A stretch of 64,000 nucleotides of DNA from Narcine bancroftii (GCF_036971445.1 NC_091482.1:8742001-8806000), one strand, 5' to 3'; shown: positions 1 to 11,700, counted from the stretch's first letter. The notes: generated from the sequence alone by a model not told the origin. Made by a program: numbers and translations.

Positions 1-1400
1 CTAATCTTGCCGAGGCCAGTCGACAGCTCTCAGACACCTCCTACTATCGAACCCGCCACCAAGCCACTGTCTCCAAAACCATCTCCAACTTCATCACCTG
101 GTCACCTCCCCTCCATGGCTACCAATCTCATTCTCTTCCACCCCCGCACTCCCGTTACTACCTCCTACCCAAGATACACAAACCCAACCATCCATGTAGA
201 CCCATTAAACTTACCTTGACTTTATCCTTTCTCCCCTGGTCCAATCCCTCCCCACCTACATCTGCAACATCTCACATGCCCTCCATCTCCCCAATGACCA
301 GATTCCCCAAACTGGACTGCCTCATCTTCGCAATGGATGTCTAATCCCCTTATACCTCTATCCCCCACACAGGTCTTAAATCACTTTGCTTCTTTCTGGA
401 CCAGACACCTGACCAATACCCTCTAACACCACTCTCCTCCACCGGGCTGAACTTATCCTCATTCTAAATAACCACATCCCACTTCCTCCAAATCAAAGGG
501 GTAGCCATAGGAACCTGCATGGGTCACAACTATGCCTGTCTGTTTGTAGGCTTTGTGAAGCAATACATGCTGCAAGCCTACACAGGCAAGACCCCCCCCC
601 ACTCTTCCTCTGATACATCAGGGCTGCCTCATGCATCCACAATGAGCTTGTTAACTTCATCCACTTCCCATCCAACTTCCACCCCAATTTCAAACTCACC
701 TGGTCCATCTCCGATAACATTCACCCCTTCCTAATTCTCTCTCTGTCTTAAGACAAGCTTTCCACTAAGTATACTACAAACCCTCCCAACTCACACAACC
801 ACCTGGACAACACTTCCTCACACCCTGGCCAGTGCAAGGATTCCATCCCCTTCTCTCAATCTCTCCGTCTCCACCGCATCTGTTCCCAAGATGAGGTCTT
901 CCAGTCCAGAGCTTCTGAAGTGTCAGCCTTCCATAAACGTGGCTTCCCCTCCACCACCATCAATTCAGCCCTCAGCCTCATCTCCTCCATTTTCCGCTCA
1001 ACTGCTTCGACACCCCACCCCAGCCCCCAGATGCAACCTACGCAAAATCCCCCTCATCCTCACCTACCACCCTCCACATCCAATTCATCATCCTCCGGAA
1101 TTTCCAGCACTTACAACAGGATCCCAGCAACGGACACATTTTTCCTATCCTCTCAGCCTTCCACAGGGACTGCTCCCTCCACGATTCCCTCCTGCACTCA
1201 CCTCTCCCCACCCAATGCATCTTGCCCTGTGCCCACAGGAAGTGCAACTCCTTCACCATGGCCTGGGCTCCCAAACTTCACCCTATTGGTGCAAAACTTC
1301 ATTTGTACATCCAGAGGACTTATTTAATGCATCCGGTGCACCCTTTCTACATCAGAGAGACTGGTCGCAGACTGGCAGATCGCTCCGCTCCATTCCGCAA
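1..1400 (+). mobile_element. Degenerate Penelope-like retroelement (RT + GIY-YIG endonuclease), inside the last IFT20 intron
   Basis: Frameshifted motifs: FAMDV-x-SPYTSIPH (~330-370), QIKGVAIGTCMGHNYACLFVGFV (~490-555), HPGQCKDSIPFSQSLRLHRICSQDE (~820-895), FYIRETGRRLADR (GIY-YIG YIGETGR-like, ~1345-1383); C-rich composition typical of this family. Confidence 0.85.
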
Positions 1401-1511
1401 ACCTACTCCAATTCTGGGTCACGCTCACGTCTGTCTGTTTAACAGAATTAAGGCAATGGCTTGATGAAAGCCATTGCAATTAGCAGCAACAGATGAAAAA
1501 TTTCAACAAAC

Positions 1512-1615
1512 CTTTCAAGTTGCATTTTCTTCTCAGCTATCAAAGCTTGGAGCTGCTGCTGTTGTGCTTCCCTTTGCTTAGCGACAGATTTCAGAAGATT
1601 TCTGGCACCAATGGC
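1512..1615 (-). CDS. IFT20: IFT20 coding exon 3 ([34 protein letters not shown]+R), 104 nt
   Basis: Near-identical to vertebrate IFT20; acceptor aaacag and donor gtttgt on the - strand; phases 0 to 2 fit the neighbouring exon. Final exon lies beyond position 1. Confidence 0.97.
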
Positions 1616-2264
1616 CTGTTTGACGGCAACAGAATTAATCAACCATGAAACTTTAAAAAATATACAAGCAGGTGTGGAACACTCCAGCATCCCAAAGTCT
1701 GCTCTTCCATTTAATTTCAGTTTGTAACAACTCCACATTCTCATCGACTTAAGGTAACCTTTGCTTATCATCTGATATCTTACAAATATTAAAAACTGCT
1801 CTTACAACCCTTTGAAGGAAGTTCCAAAGAATCATGTCCCTCAGAAATGACTTGGGGTCAGTCTGTCTTACATACAGCTTAATGGGAAACCTTTAATTTT
1901 TAAAATATTGATTCCTAACCCCAGAGATTCACACTCACAGGACCAATCAAACACCCTTTTATTCCTCTAAACTTCTGTGGATATTTGGCGAGTTCAGAAT
2001 GTCCTCATGAAGAAACTCACCCAATTCCTTAAATTAAAATATTATACATTGTTCTACCTGTGGTCTCACCAATGCCCTGTATAAATTAAGCATAGTTCTT
2101 GGCATTAAAAAAAAATAACATTTTGTTAGATTTACCAATTAAGTGGTATCTACATCCGAGCCTCATACACCAGGTCACCCAGAAGGTGAATCATACACCA
2201 GGATACCAAGATCCTTCTCACACTCGGGTATCTGCGACCTCTTATTACTAATATGCTTTCTTAT

Positions 2265-2472
2265 TTTAAATTTAGACATATAACACAGCCCACGAGTCCA
2301 TGCCGCCCAATTACATCCAATTGACTTACACCTGCAGTATGTTTTTGAAGGTTGGGAGGAAACCCACGCAGGCACAGGGAGAACATACAAACTCCTTACA
2401 GACATCGTGGGATTTGAACCCTGGTCCCAGTCGCTGTAACAGCATTGCGTTAACTGCTACGTTAATTCTGCT
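2265..2472 (-). mobile_element. tRNA-derived V-domain-type SINE
   Basis: Same family as 24950-25213; reverse-complement B-box (gggatttgaaccc) and ggaggaaacc core. Confidence 0.85.
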
Positions 2473-2956
2473 GTCCTTTTACCAAAACGATGATTTCTTT
2501 CTCTCTTCCTCCCCCCCCCCCCATACTTATTTGGCAGATTTGTACCCAAGCAGTGAACCTATCAATACCCATTTGCAGTCTCCTTGTGTCCTCTTCACAA
2601 CTTTCCCATCTATGTAATTGGCAAATCTTTTTCTCCTCGCCACCCAACAAGAAGCAACATTCCAATTTCCCCAACCAAAGCACAGGCTGGCCCAGTGTGC
2701 AAGTATACAAGTTTTATTATTTATACTTTTACACTATGTAATTTGGCATCATTCACAACTACTGATTACAAAGGAAACTATCTTGCCACCATCATTTGTG
2801 GGCAATTCCCACAATCTGTTTCATCGAGCCTTCCCTGCTGGCAGAACATACCTGTCATATATTTCATAAAGAAGAAACTTTATCAGGTGAAATTAGCAAT
2901 GAAGAATTAATTAGATCATAATTTCCCACACAAATGAAAATATTTAGAGACATTAC

Positions 2957-3042
2957 CTTCATTTTTTCATTCTCAGCTTCTTTTGCAAGTTGATCAACAA
3001 TCTCAATTAAACCACCAACAATCTTCTGGAACTGGCCTATTT
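2957..3042 (-). CDS. IFT20: IFT20 coding exon 2 ([29 protein letters not shown]), 86 nt; not in the ORF track
   Basis: Manual - strand translation; polypyrimidine acceptor ttctttcccccag, donor gtaatg; phase 1 in, phase 0 out. Confidence 0.97.
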
Positions 3043-4230
3043 CTGGGGGAAAGAAAAATCGACATTACGCATTATAGAACTGTTATGACTGTGACTGAGT
3101 CACTGGAGAATATTTGTCTAGGCAGCTTTTGTATCCACCTCATACAATCAAACCAGTCATGTACTTTATTGCAGTTTATGAAGTGAGTGAAATGCAGAGG
3201 ATGTGGTTTGATTCTCAATCTGTGTTTGTGCAGTCGATCTTTAATATGGAAACTCCAAATTTCATTAGGAATTCATACAAGGTTTTATTCCTAAAACAAC
3301 AAAAATATTATTTTGAGTTAATAGCATTTTTAACATCAGATCCCCTTAATCCTTAAATTAGGTTTTATTGAAATCTACTTTTTACAGCCAGTATAAAATG
3401 AACTGTCCTAAAACACAATCAGTATTATAAACTGACTTTTTCCTTTGTGTTTTCTTTCTTAATTCAATTACAACCTTTAAGTCAGTATTTGTCTTCTTGT
3501 GATATGACTTAATTCAATTTATCATTTTTGATGTTGTAAACATAATTATGGTAATATTGTAATTTTATGTGTGGCATTGATTATTCAATAATTAAAAAGG
3601 CAAAACTTCTGGAAGCTTGTCAGGGTGAGGCTAATGCTGGGAACTTTTTTATAAATTGTTACAAAGCTGAAGAACTTCTCTGGAGAGGTTTGATCAGATG
3701 TAGTAGTCTACTGACCTGAAAAATTACAGAAACTCCAACTCAGTGAAAAATGTCAACTGCAGGTTCATCCGTACATTGGTCCTTCACTTTCCAGTGGGTC
3801 TCAATTAACAACCTATTGATTTAAAAACTATCCCTGACCTCACTTACAGGGATGCAAGAGATGTATCTATGTTCTAGCTCAAAATATTCTACTCTTTCCA
3901 AAGTGAACCCTTTTTTCTCCATTCTCTTCCAAAATGAATTCCTCATTAGGAATTCTGGATTCTCTCTCGTGGCTTCCCCCCCCCCCCCCCATTTTAATCG
4001 CTTCATCACAAATAGCAAGTTTTGAAGCTTCATCACTCCTCTGTGTGAGACAGTCCATTAAAACCACCTGTCTCGTTCCGTTTTAGTTATCCCCTATGAT
4101 CTCCTCCTTGGATCAGCGTCAATTTGTGTCTGGCGTGCGAGTCTGAGAAACTCTACCCATACCTCATATCCCCTGTCTGGACATAAAAGATTTATACTCT
4201 TGTTGGTGCATCTTACATACCTGTGTGGCT

Positions 4231-4557
4231 NNNNNNNNNNNNNNNNNNNNNNNNNNNNNNNNNNNNNNNNNNNNNNNNNNNNNNNNNNNNNNNNNNNNNN
4301 NNNNNNNNNNNNNNNNNNNNNNNNNNNNNNNNNNNNNNNNNNNNNNNNNNNNNNNNNNNNNNNNNNNNNNNNNNNNNNNNNNNNNNNNNNNNNNNNNNNN
4401 NNNNNNNNNNNNNNNNNNNNNNNNNNNNNNNNNNNNNNNNNNNNNNNNNNNNNNNNNNNNNNNNNNNNNNNNNNNNNNNNNNNNNNNNNNNNNNNNNNNN
4501 NNNNNNNNNNNNNNNNNNNNNNNNNNNNNNNNNNNNNNNNNNNNNNNNNNNNNNNNN
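4231..4557. other. Assembly gap (327 N)
   Basis: Run of N. Confidence 1.
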
Positions 4558-4724
4558 CTAAATAATGAAGCGCCTCAAACACAGAACAGGGAAAATCGCC
4601 TATTGTTAATACCCTATGGGGTATTGCCCCGAAGTAGTGACAGGCGCCACAAAAACGTAACCACGTCCCCCCCCCCCCCCCCCCCCCCCCCGCCGATCCA
4701 GGCCTCCTCTACCCCAGTACCTAC

Positions 4725-4845
4725 TCTCCACGAAGTCCTTGCACTCCTCCTTCAGCTCGACAGTGTTTTGTGCCACGTCCGGAGCCAGGACCCTCAGTTT
4801 GTTCAGCTCGTCGAAATGCAAGCCTGCCTCCCCCAGCGCCTCCAT
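4725..4845 (-). CDS. IFT20: IFT20 first coding exon ([40 protein letters not shown]), 121 nt
   Basis: Matches IFT20 N-terminus ([16 protein letters not shown]); ATG in strong gccATGG context at 4845; donor gtaggt, phase 1 joins the 86-nt exon in frame. Confidence 0.95.
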
Positions 4846-5269
4846 GGCCCTCGGCGAGAAGCCCTCCACCGCGTGACGTCACCATCCGCTGGCGAGACCG
4901 CGCCTGCGCACCTCCGCCGCCGCCTCGTTTCCAGGGACGCGGCGGCTGCGCATGTGCGGCGGTCTGGCCCTCGGCGTCCGATCGCGTCTCGGTGAAAGGA
5001 TCCAGCCCCAAACTGTGGACCCTTCCCGATGACGCCGCGGAGTTCCACGGCAGAATGTGGCCGAAACGCCTATTCACAAGACGAAATCTGCCCCTTTACA
5101 CGTGATTGATGGGAGGGTCGAGTTATTAAATAATCTGTCGATGAAGGGCGAGGCGGGCGTCGAGGTTCTGCACATGCGCGGTGCGCGACAAGGGGGACCT
5201 CGCGCATGCGCGGCACGGTGATTGGTGGGGGGGAGGGGTGTGCGGCAGCCGCTGCGTCCATGCGCAGTG

Positions 5270-5369
5270 GTCGTGGAGACGGCCGTCCTGGCGTGGAGGT
5301 GGGCTGCGGTCATGAGGGTGGTGGTGGTGGCGGCGGCGAGCGGAGGTTGGAGCAGGAAGTGACTGCGAG
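5270..5369 (+). other. TNFAIP1: Putative non-coding first exon of TNFAIP1 (start unknown; donor GAG|gtattt at 5370, alternative AAC|gtatgt at 5445)
   Basis: Position at the 3' edge of the CpG island and candidate GT donors; no transcript evidence. Confidence 0.45.
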
Positions 5370-5684
5370 GTATTTGGGCTTGAGCCTACTGGGTTCCGCT
5401 GGCACCAACGTCCGAAGCAAATGGCGTGGAAGGCTGGAGTTAACGTATGTTTCGCCAAACGTTCCTCTGACGCCTGTCTCCTCCCTTCCAGGGTCTTTCA
5501 CCCCTTGCTCTGATGACTTTGGGGGTGGGGGGGGGAGAGATAGGGACCGCCACAGTGCGAGGGATAAAAGAAACTGCAGCTTTGATTGGATTTGGTGTTG
5601 GGATCAGCAGGAGATTTGCCTTTCCCCTCCGAGATATACTTGTGGGAAGGAGAGAGGAGTGAAATGCGGAAGGGTGCATGGATG

Positions 5685-5848
5685 AAGTGAAAATACAAGG
5701 CTGGAGGAACTCCGCAGTGGTCTTTTTTCTCGCCAAGATACCTTGATGAAGGGGCTCAAGCCCGAAACGTTGGTTATGCACCTTTAGCTTTGTTACATAA
5801 ACTCTACCGCTTGAGCTGCCGATTTTCGCCAGCCTTGTGTTTTCACTT
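5685..5848 (+). mobile_element. Palindromic Penelope-terminal-repeat-derived mini-element with hammerhead-like core (5741-5776)
   Basis: 20-bp inverted ends (aagtgaaaatacaaggctgg / ccagccttgtgttttcactt, 1 mismatch); internal ccttgatgaa-ggggctcaagccc-gaaacgttgg. Confidence 0.7.
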
Positions 5849-6378
5849 GTGAGAGAAAACCGGCTTTCACCTGAAAGAACTTCATTAATGTCAATTTGAA
5901 GCTTTCGTGGTCGAGTGTAACTTGTGTACTTGAAATCAAGACTTTGACTTGTTAAGAACTGCCTGAGACGAAACAGAAGCGGAGTCCCAAACTTTCATGA
6001 AGGGTACTGGAGACGTGCAAGGGGAGATTAGATAAGTATAATTGGGAAGGGAGTCGTTAGTTATCCGAATGGATTTAGACGAGGAACGTTTGTGTTGTAG
6101 ATTCTGTGCAACCACTTCATTGCAGCTGGAAAAAAACCTCTAGATGAGCCACTCTCCACTTCTTTTGTTGGCTATGGTCCCCTTCGTTTATGTGTCCCTT
6201 TCCCTGTGATTTAGTTGGTTTCTTGTGTATTTCTCTCCTACTGACTACATTTTAAAAAAAAATATTTTATGATTTGTCCTTTAAATGTGCAATGGCCCGG
6301 GGGGGGGGTGTAATTTATGACCCCACCCCACCCCAATTTGAGAATGCCTGCTCTAGATAATGCTCCTAAATGTGAGCT

Positions 6379-6675
6379 TGTAGCAGGCGCACAGTGCAGT
6401 ATTGTGAGCCGCCACCGTCAGTTCAGACTTACCTGACACATCGCAGGCTAACCGAACAGCAAGTGGATCAGATGAAGCCCCTGCCTAAAGGTACGGGGTA
6501 CTAATGGCTCATAGCTTTAACCTGCTGGTCCTGTGGACCAGCAGCTGTTCACTAACGAGCTCATTAACAGGCAGGGAATAAGAGATCTGTATGTCTGCAA
6601 TAAACCAGTCTCGAGTTGACTACTTTTGTGTGTGTTTGCCTTTATTTAGTAGCATCTACTATAGTAGCTGCTACA
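6379..6675 (+). repeat. 5' LTR of the Gypsy element
   Basis: Direct repeat of 11180-11476; TG...CA; AATAAA 6599-6604. Confidence 0.97.
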
Positions 6676-6678
6676 AAT

Positions 6679-6691
6679 TGGTGACCCCCGA
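6679..6691 (+). promoter_or_regulatory. Primer-binding site, tRNA-Trp type
   Basis: tggtgacccccga directly after the 5' LTR resembles TGGTGACCCCGAC, the complement of the tRNA-Trp 3' end (one extra C). Confidence 0.75.
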
Positions 6692-6719
6692 AGTTAAGAT
6701 TCAACGAATTTGAATCATT

Positions 6720-9700
6720 ATGGAAAAAGAGGAAATTAAAATGGTAGCAACAACTGCTGCCGCCATGGCAATTAATGCAATTGGGCTTCATTTGAATATG
6801 GTTTCTTCAGGCTGAAACCCAGCTTCATCTTCAGGGTATAATGGCAAAAGACACAAAATTTTGGCATGTCGTGAGTACATTGGACGTGGCCGCTGTATCG
6901 TGAGTAAGCAAATTTATTGCTCATTCTCTGGTAGAAGGTTCTGCCAGTTTCTTCTTGACACATTGCAACTTACTAGGCATAAGCGTGGCATGTGTCTTTT
7001 GAACATGGAAGGCCGAAGTGACAAGAATCCATCAGACCTGATAAATGAGATGCTGGTATTGTCAAATGGTCATTCCCATTGTCTGCTTTTCAAAACCTTA
7101 TTTCTGTCAAAACTTCCAGCTCACTTTGCCATACCCATTAGTAACATGGATTTCTGCCGTCCCCATGATGTGGCTTGAGAGGCTGACCGGCTCTGTCGTA
7201 CTCCTACGCATCCAGTTTTTGCAGCAGAAGCATCTCCCGCATCCTACCAGCCTCCTGTATCTGCAGTCCAATCCAAGAAAGAGGAACGTGCTGATGTACA
7301 TTGAGAGTGGTATTTTTACCATCGCTGCTGGGGAAAAAAATGCCCATAAGTACGTCCAGCCATGTACCTACTACAAAAAGAAGTCGGGAAATGAGAGAGC
7401 CGGCTGCCAGTAGTGGCCTCGGCAGCTGGCGTACATACAGGCCTATTGTATCTTCAGGACGATGTGGGTAAGTGCAAGTTCCTTGTAGACACAGGTGCTG
7501 AACTTGGTTTGCTCCCGCCGACCTATTTTGAAAGGACGCATTAAAAAACGCCACTTGACCCTGTGAGCAGCGAATGGAACTGCCATTCAAAGTTTCGGCA
7601 CTAGATGATTCACAATCGGAATAGGTGGAACCGCGTTCCATTGGAATTGTGCCCTCGCTTCTGTTGCTCAACCCATTTTGGGTGTGGATTTTTTTAAGTT
7701 CCCACGACTTATTGGTAGGTGTAAAATGCAGAAAATTAGTTCACACCACCACCTTACGGACATATCCACTGGTGTGCATCAAGGGGAGAGCTTCACAACT
7801 CCGTACATACGTTACACAAGGACGCATATACTGCTCTACTCAATGAATTTTCCCATAGACTCACCTCTAACTTCAATGCCTCAAGAACAGCCCATGGTGT
7901 GTCTCATTACAAAGACACATCAGGCCCACCGGTCCATGCCAGGGCTTGTCATCTGGTGCCTAATAAATTGTGACAAGCAAAGGCAGAATTTAAAGCAATG
8001 GAAGAACTGGTATCATCTGATGCTCAAACAGCCCTTGGGCCTCACCTTTGCATATGATACCCAAGAAGACAGGTGGATGGAGACTCTGCGGCGACTACCA
8101 TAGGCTTAATGATGTTGCTACACCTGACAGATAACCAATTCCACACATACAGGATTTCACTGTCCATCTGCATCATTGCCGTATATTTTCAAAGATTGAT
8201 TTGGTTAAGGGATATCATCAGATACCGATTCATGAGAATGATATTCCCAAGACAGCAATTATTACACTGATTGGTCTTTTTTGAATTCCTCAGAATGCCA
8301 TTTGGCTTAAAGAATGCCGAGCAAACTTTTCAGCGACTTATGGACACTCTAGGCAGAGATTTAGACTTTGTGTATATTTACTTGGATGACATCCTTGTAG
8401 CAAGTCAAAATGAGTAAGATCACTGCCTTCATTTCAGCCGCCTTTTTCAACGGCTCCAAGACTTTGGTATGACAATTAACCTTGACAAGTGTCAATTTGG
8501 CAAGTCAACCATAGAATTCTTAGGGCATAAAATTACAGCAGACAGCATATCTCCGTTATCAGGCTGTAATGGAGGATTTAGACCAGCATATGCAAGAAGG
8601 GATGCAGTTGCATCAGAAGACATAATCTAAATTCCACCATGGGGCCCAAGACCAGCTTATGCAATAAGGGATCCAGTTGCATCAGAAGACATAATCTAAA
8701 TTCCACCATGAGGCCCAGGATGCATATTTAGTAGACACATCTAAATTCCACTATGGGGCCCAGGGATGCATATGAATCAGTAGACATTATCCAACTTCCA
8801 CCATGAGGCCAAGAGATGCAGTTTGTCTTTTGTTGGTCGCAGATTGTCAGGAGACCTTGAAGATAATTAAATCATTTGTTCAAAGAGATAAGATCTGAAG
8901 TAAACAACTTTTGGGTAATATAAGCCATGGTCCCACAGCTGAAGTTTGAGACTCTCCAAGAGGTGGCAACATCTCTCAGCAAGAACTACTTCAAGATTCC
9001 AAACCAACGTCCCGGTCCGGGGAGGTGGAGAAGCTGCTACCGGCGCCCAGACAACCTACTACAAGTGTGCAGTCGTCGCCTCGCTTTGGCAGTTGGGACC
9101 AGTCCAGGCATTGATAAGTATAATTAGGAAGGGCTTACATGTTGTAGTGTGAATTCAGCTTTAGATTTAGTAATAAAGACTTGTATAAACTGAACTGCTC
9201 TTGGTGTGTGTCTATTTTCTTTTGGTAGCTCAAACACTGTGACCAATCTAAAACGAACAAAGTGAGAGGTACAAGTTTACCCAAGACACAGGCAAGATAG
9301 ATGACATCTGTACATTCTCCAGACCTGTCACCGTCAAAGGGCTACAGAAGTTTTTGGGATTAATAAATTTTTAATCACATATATTCTCGGGATTGCTGAC
9401 ATCCTGCGACCCCTGTTTGACATCATCTCTGCTCCAAACAAAAACATTACCTGGACCGCAGAGGCTGCAATTACGTCTGCCAAAGAGGCATTAGCCAAAG
9501 CAGCAATGCTTGTGAATCCAAATCCTGAAGCTGCTTTGACGCTTAGCACAGATGCCTCAGGAACAGCTGTGGGTGCAGTTCTGGAACAATACGTCAATGG
9601 CCATTATTAGCCCCTTGCCGCCTTTAGTCATCATCTAAGACCAGCGGAAATGAAATACAACACCGTTGATTGAGAACTATTGGCACTTTATCTGGCTATA

Positions 9701-11030
9701 AGGCACTTTTGTTATGTCTTGGAAGGTGAAATTTCACCATATTCACAGACCATAAACTGCTCATTTTCACCTTTAGCAAAGTCATAGATCCTTGGTTGGC
9801 AAGACAACAATGAGATTTGTCCTACATTTCGGAGTTTACTACAGACGTGCGTCATATTTCAGGAAAGGACAATCTGGTTGCAGCTGTGCTCTCTAGATCA
9901 AGTGTGCCATATTCAAGGTGGAGTCAACATTGCTGAACTGGCTGCGGCACAATCTGCGGATCCGGATATACAGGCATCCAGTACAGCTATTACTGGACTT
10001 GACATTCAACAGTGGCGCCATAACAAGGTAGTCCTGAACTCCTTTGTGATGGCTATCCTCGACCATTGGTCCTATTATCTTGGAGATGGCGTCTTTTTGA
10101 TGAAATTAACAATCTATCACATCCATCCATCAGGACGTCAGTCAAAATAATGTCAAACAAGTACATGTGGCATGGGCTGAAAAAACACGTCGCACAATGG
10201 GCATGAACATGTATATCCTGCCAATCTGCGAAAATTCAACACCACACCAAGGCACCCCTACAGCCTTTCCTGACAATATGCAGAAGATTTGAGCATGTGC
10301 ATGTAGATCTGGTTGGATCCTTACCAGTATCACAGGACATGAGGTATATTCTCAAGGAAGTAGACCTCTTCACACGCTGGCCAGAGGCCATTCCATTACC
10401 AGTCAGTGATACTGAGGCATGTGCTAGAGCGTTCATCTTAAATTGGATTGCTAGATTTGGAGTGCCTACACACATAACTTTGGATCCTGGACCACAGTTC
10501 ACTTCAGCGTTATGGGCTTCCTTGGCTCATTTTTGTGGTACACAGTTGCACCACACTACTGTGTACCATCGCAGTCCAACGGCCTGGTGGAATGTTTCCA
10601 TCGACAATTTAAATCTTCACTGAAGGCCCGACTCACCGGCCCCATCTGGGTTGATGAACTACCTTGGGTTCTAATAGGAGTACGAACAGCTCCAAAAGAA
10701 GATCTATCTACATTGTATGCAGAATTGATGTATGGTATGGCCCTTATGGTTCCAGGAGATATTCACTTCACAAGCAATGCAAACATGGACGTCCTGCAAC
10801 AATTCCGCAAGGGTATTGCTAACAGCAAACCATCCTCTACCAACTAGCATGGCAAACCTAGGCAACAAGTGCCCCAATTACTATTAAACACTGAATTTGT
10901 ATTCGTACGAAGACAGGTTCCAGGGGCACTGTTACTAAAACCATACGAAGGACCATTTTGTGTGATTTAAGAGAGATGGAGTGGTATATGCATTAGACAT
11001 CAGAGGCCATCCTCATCTATTCAGCGTATA
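6720..11030 (+). pseudogene. Disrupted Gypsy gag-pol
   Basis: gag-like DKNPSDLINEMLVL...LFLSKLP; protease FLVDTGAE (~7480); RT RMPFGLKNA...YIYLDDILVAS (~8290-8405); RNase H LSTDASGTAVGAVLEQ (~9540); integrase HVDLVGSLP...TRWPEAIP...ITLDPGPQFTS (10297-10510), PYEGPF motif (~10940); multiple stops and frameshifts. Confidence 0.95.
8565..9288 (+). mobile_element. Solo LTR (724 bp) of an unrelated family nested in the Gypsy RT
   Basis: TG...CA ends, 5-bp TSD CAGGC (8560-8564 / 9289-9293); removing it restores the RT frame (..ISPLSGKIDDI..); tandem U3-like repeats 8581-8820, TATA-like aatataa ~8916, AATAAA 9172-9177. Confidence 0.92.
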
Positions 11031-11179
11031 CAGACTTTTAAACACTCCCACTCCCCCCCCATAAGGACCCTACTTCACCAGTTCAGTGCCCTCAACCCCA
11101 GTGATGTGGACGTCCGCCTAAGTCAAGCGTATCTGGCATCTTAAGTTATGGTGAAGATTCTGGGGCGGGGGGGGGTTGA

Positions 11180-11476
11180 TGTAGCGGGCGCACAGTGCGG
11201 TATTGCAAACCGCCACCGTCAGTTCACAGACTTACCTGACACATCGCGGGCTAGCAGTGCTGGGCGCCAAAGTACAGTGAGTGGATCAGATGAAGCCCCT
11301 GCCTAAAGGTGCGGGGCACTAATGACTCATAGCTTTAACCTGCTGGTCCTATGGACCAGCAGCTGTTCACTAATTTGCTCATTAACAGGCAGGGAATAAA
11401 AGGTCTGTATGTCTGCAATAAACTAGTCTTGTGTGTTTGCCTTTATTTAGTAGCATTTACCGTAGTAGCTGCTACA
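11180..11476 (+). repeat. 3' LTR of the Gypsy element
   Basis: Direct repeat of 6379-6675 with substitutions and two compensating indels; followed by TSD AGCT. Confidence 0.97.
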
Positions 11477-11495
11477 AGCTGTCATTTTTTTTTTA

Positions 11496-11700
11496 CATTT
11501 AGACACACAGGACAGTAACAGGCCCTCTCTGTCCACCTAATAAACCAATTGACCTACAACCCTGTACATTCTGAAGGGTGGGAGGAAACCAGAGCACCCA
11601 GAGGAAACCTACGTAGACATAGAGAGAATGGACAAACTCCTTACACAAAGCCCTGGATTTGAACCTGGATTGCTGGGGCTGTAGTAACGACACTGCCCCA
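11496..11700 (-). mobile_element. tRNA-derived SINE
   Basis: Same family, reverse orientation. Confidence 0.85.

Larger units (their letters stand above)
4620..5480. promoter_or_regulatory. CpG island / bidirectional promoter of IFT20 (-) and TNFAIP1 (+)
   Basis: Dense CpG in an otherwise CpG-poor window; NRF1-like GCGCATGCGC motifs (~4900, 4947, 5170, 5202, 5259), CRE TGACGTCA 4874-4881, E-box CACGTG 5099-5104, ETS CAGGAAGTG ~5353, YY1-like AAATGGCG 5419-5426. IFT20/TNFAIP1 head-to-head arrangement is known in mammals. Confidence 0.9.
6379..11476 (+). mobile_element. Full-length degenerate Gypsy/Ty3 LTR retrotransposon in TNFAIP1 intron 1
   Basis: Two 297-bp LTRs with TGTAGC...GCTACA ends, 4-bp TSD AGCT (6375-6378 / 11477-11480), PBS, G-rich PPT 11162-11175, domain order gag-PR-RT-RNaseH-IN. 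Confidence 0.97.

Noticed and set aside
4094-4995. Long ORFs containing X runs (also 34988-35549)
   Set aside because: Artefacts of translating N gaps.
4721-5781. Several overlapping Arg/Pro/Gly-rich ORFs
   Set aside because: Expected in a GC-rich CpG island; only the IFT20 frame has homology and splice support.
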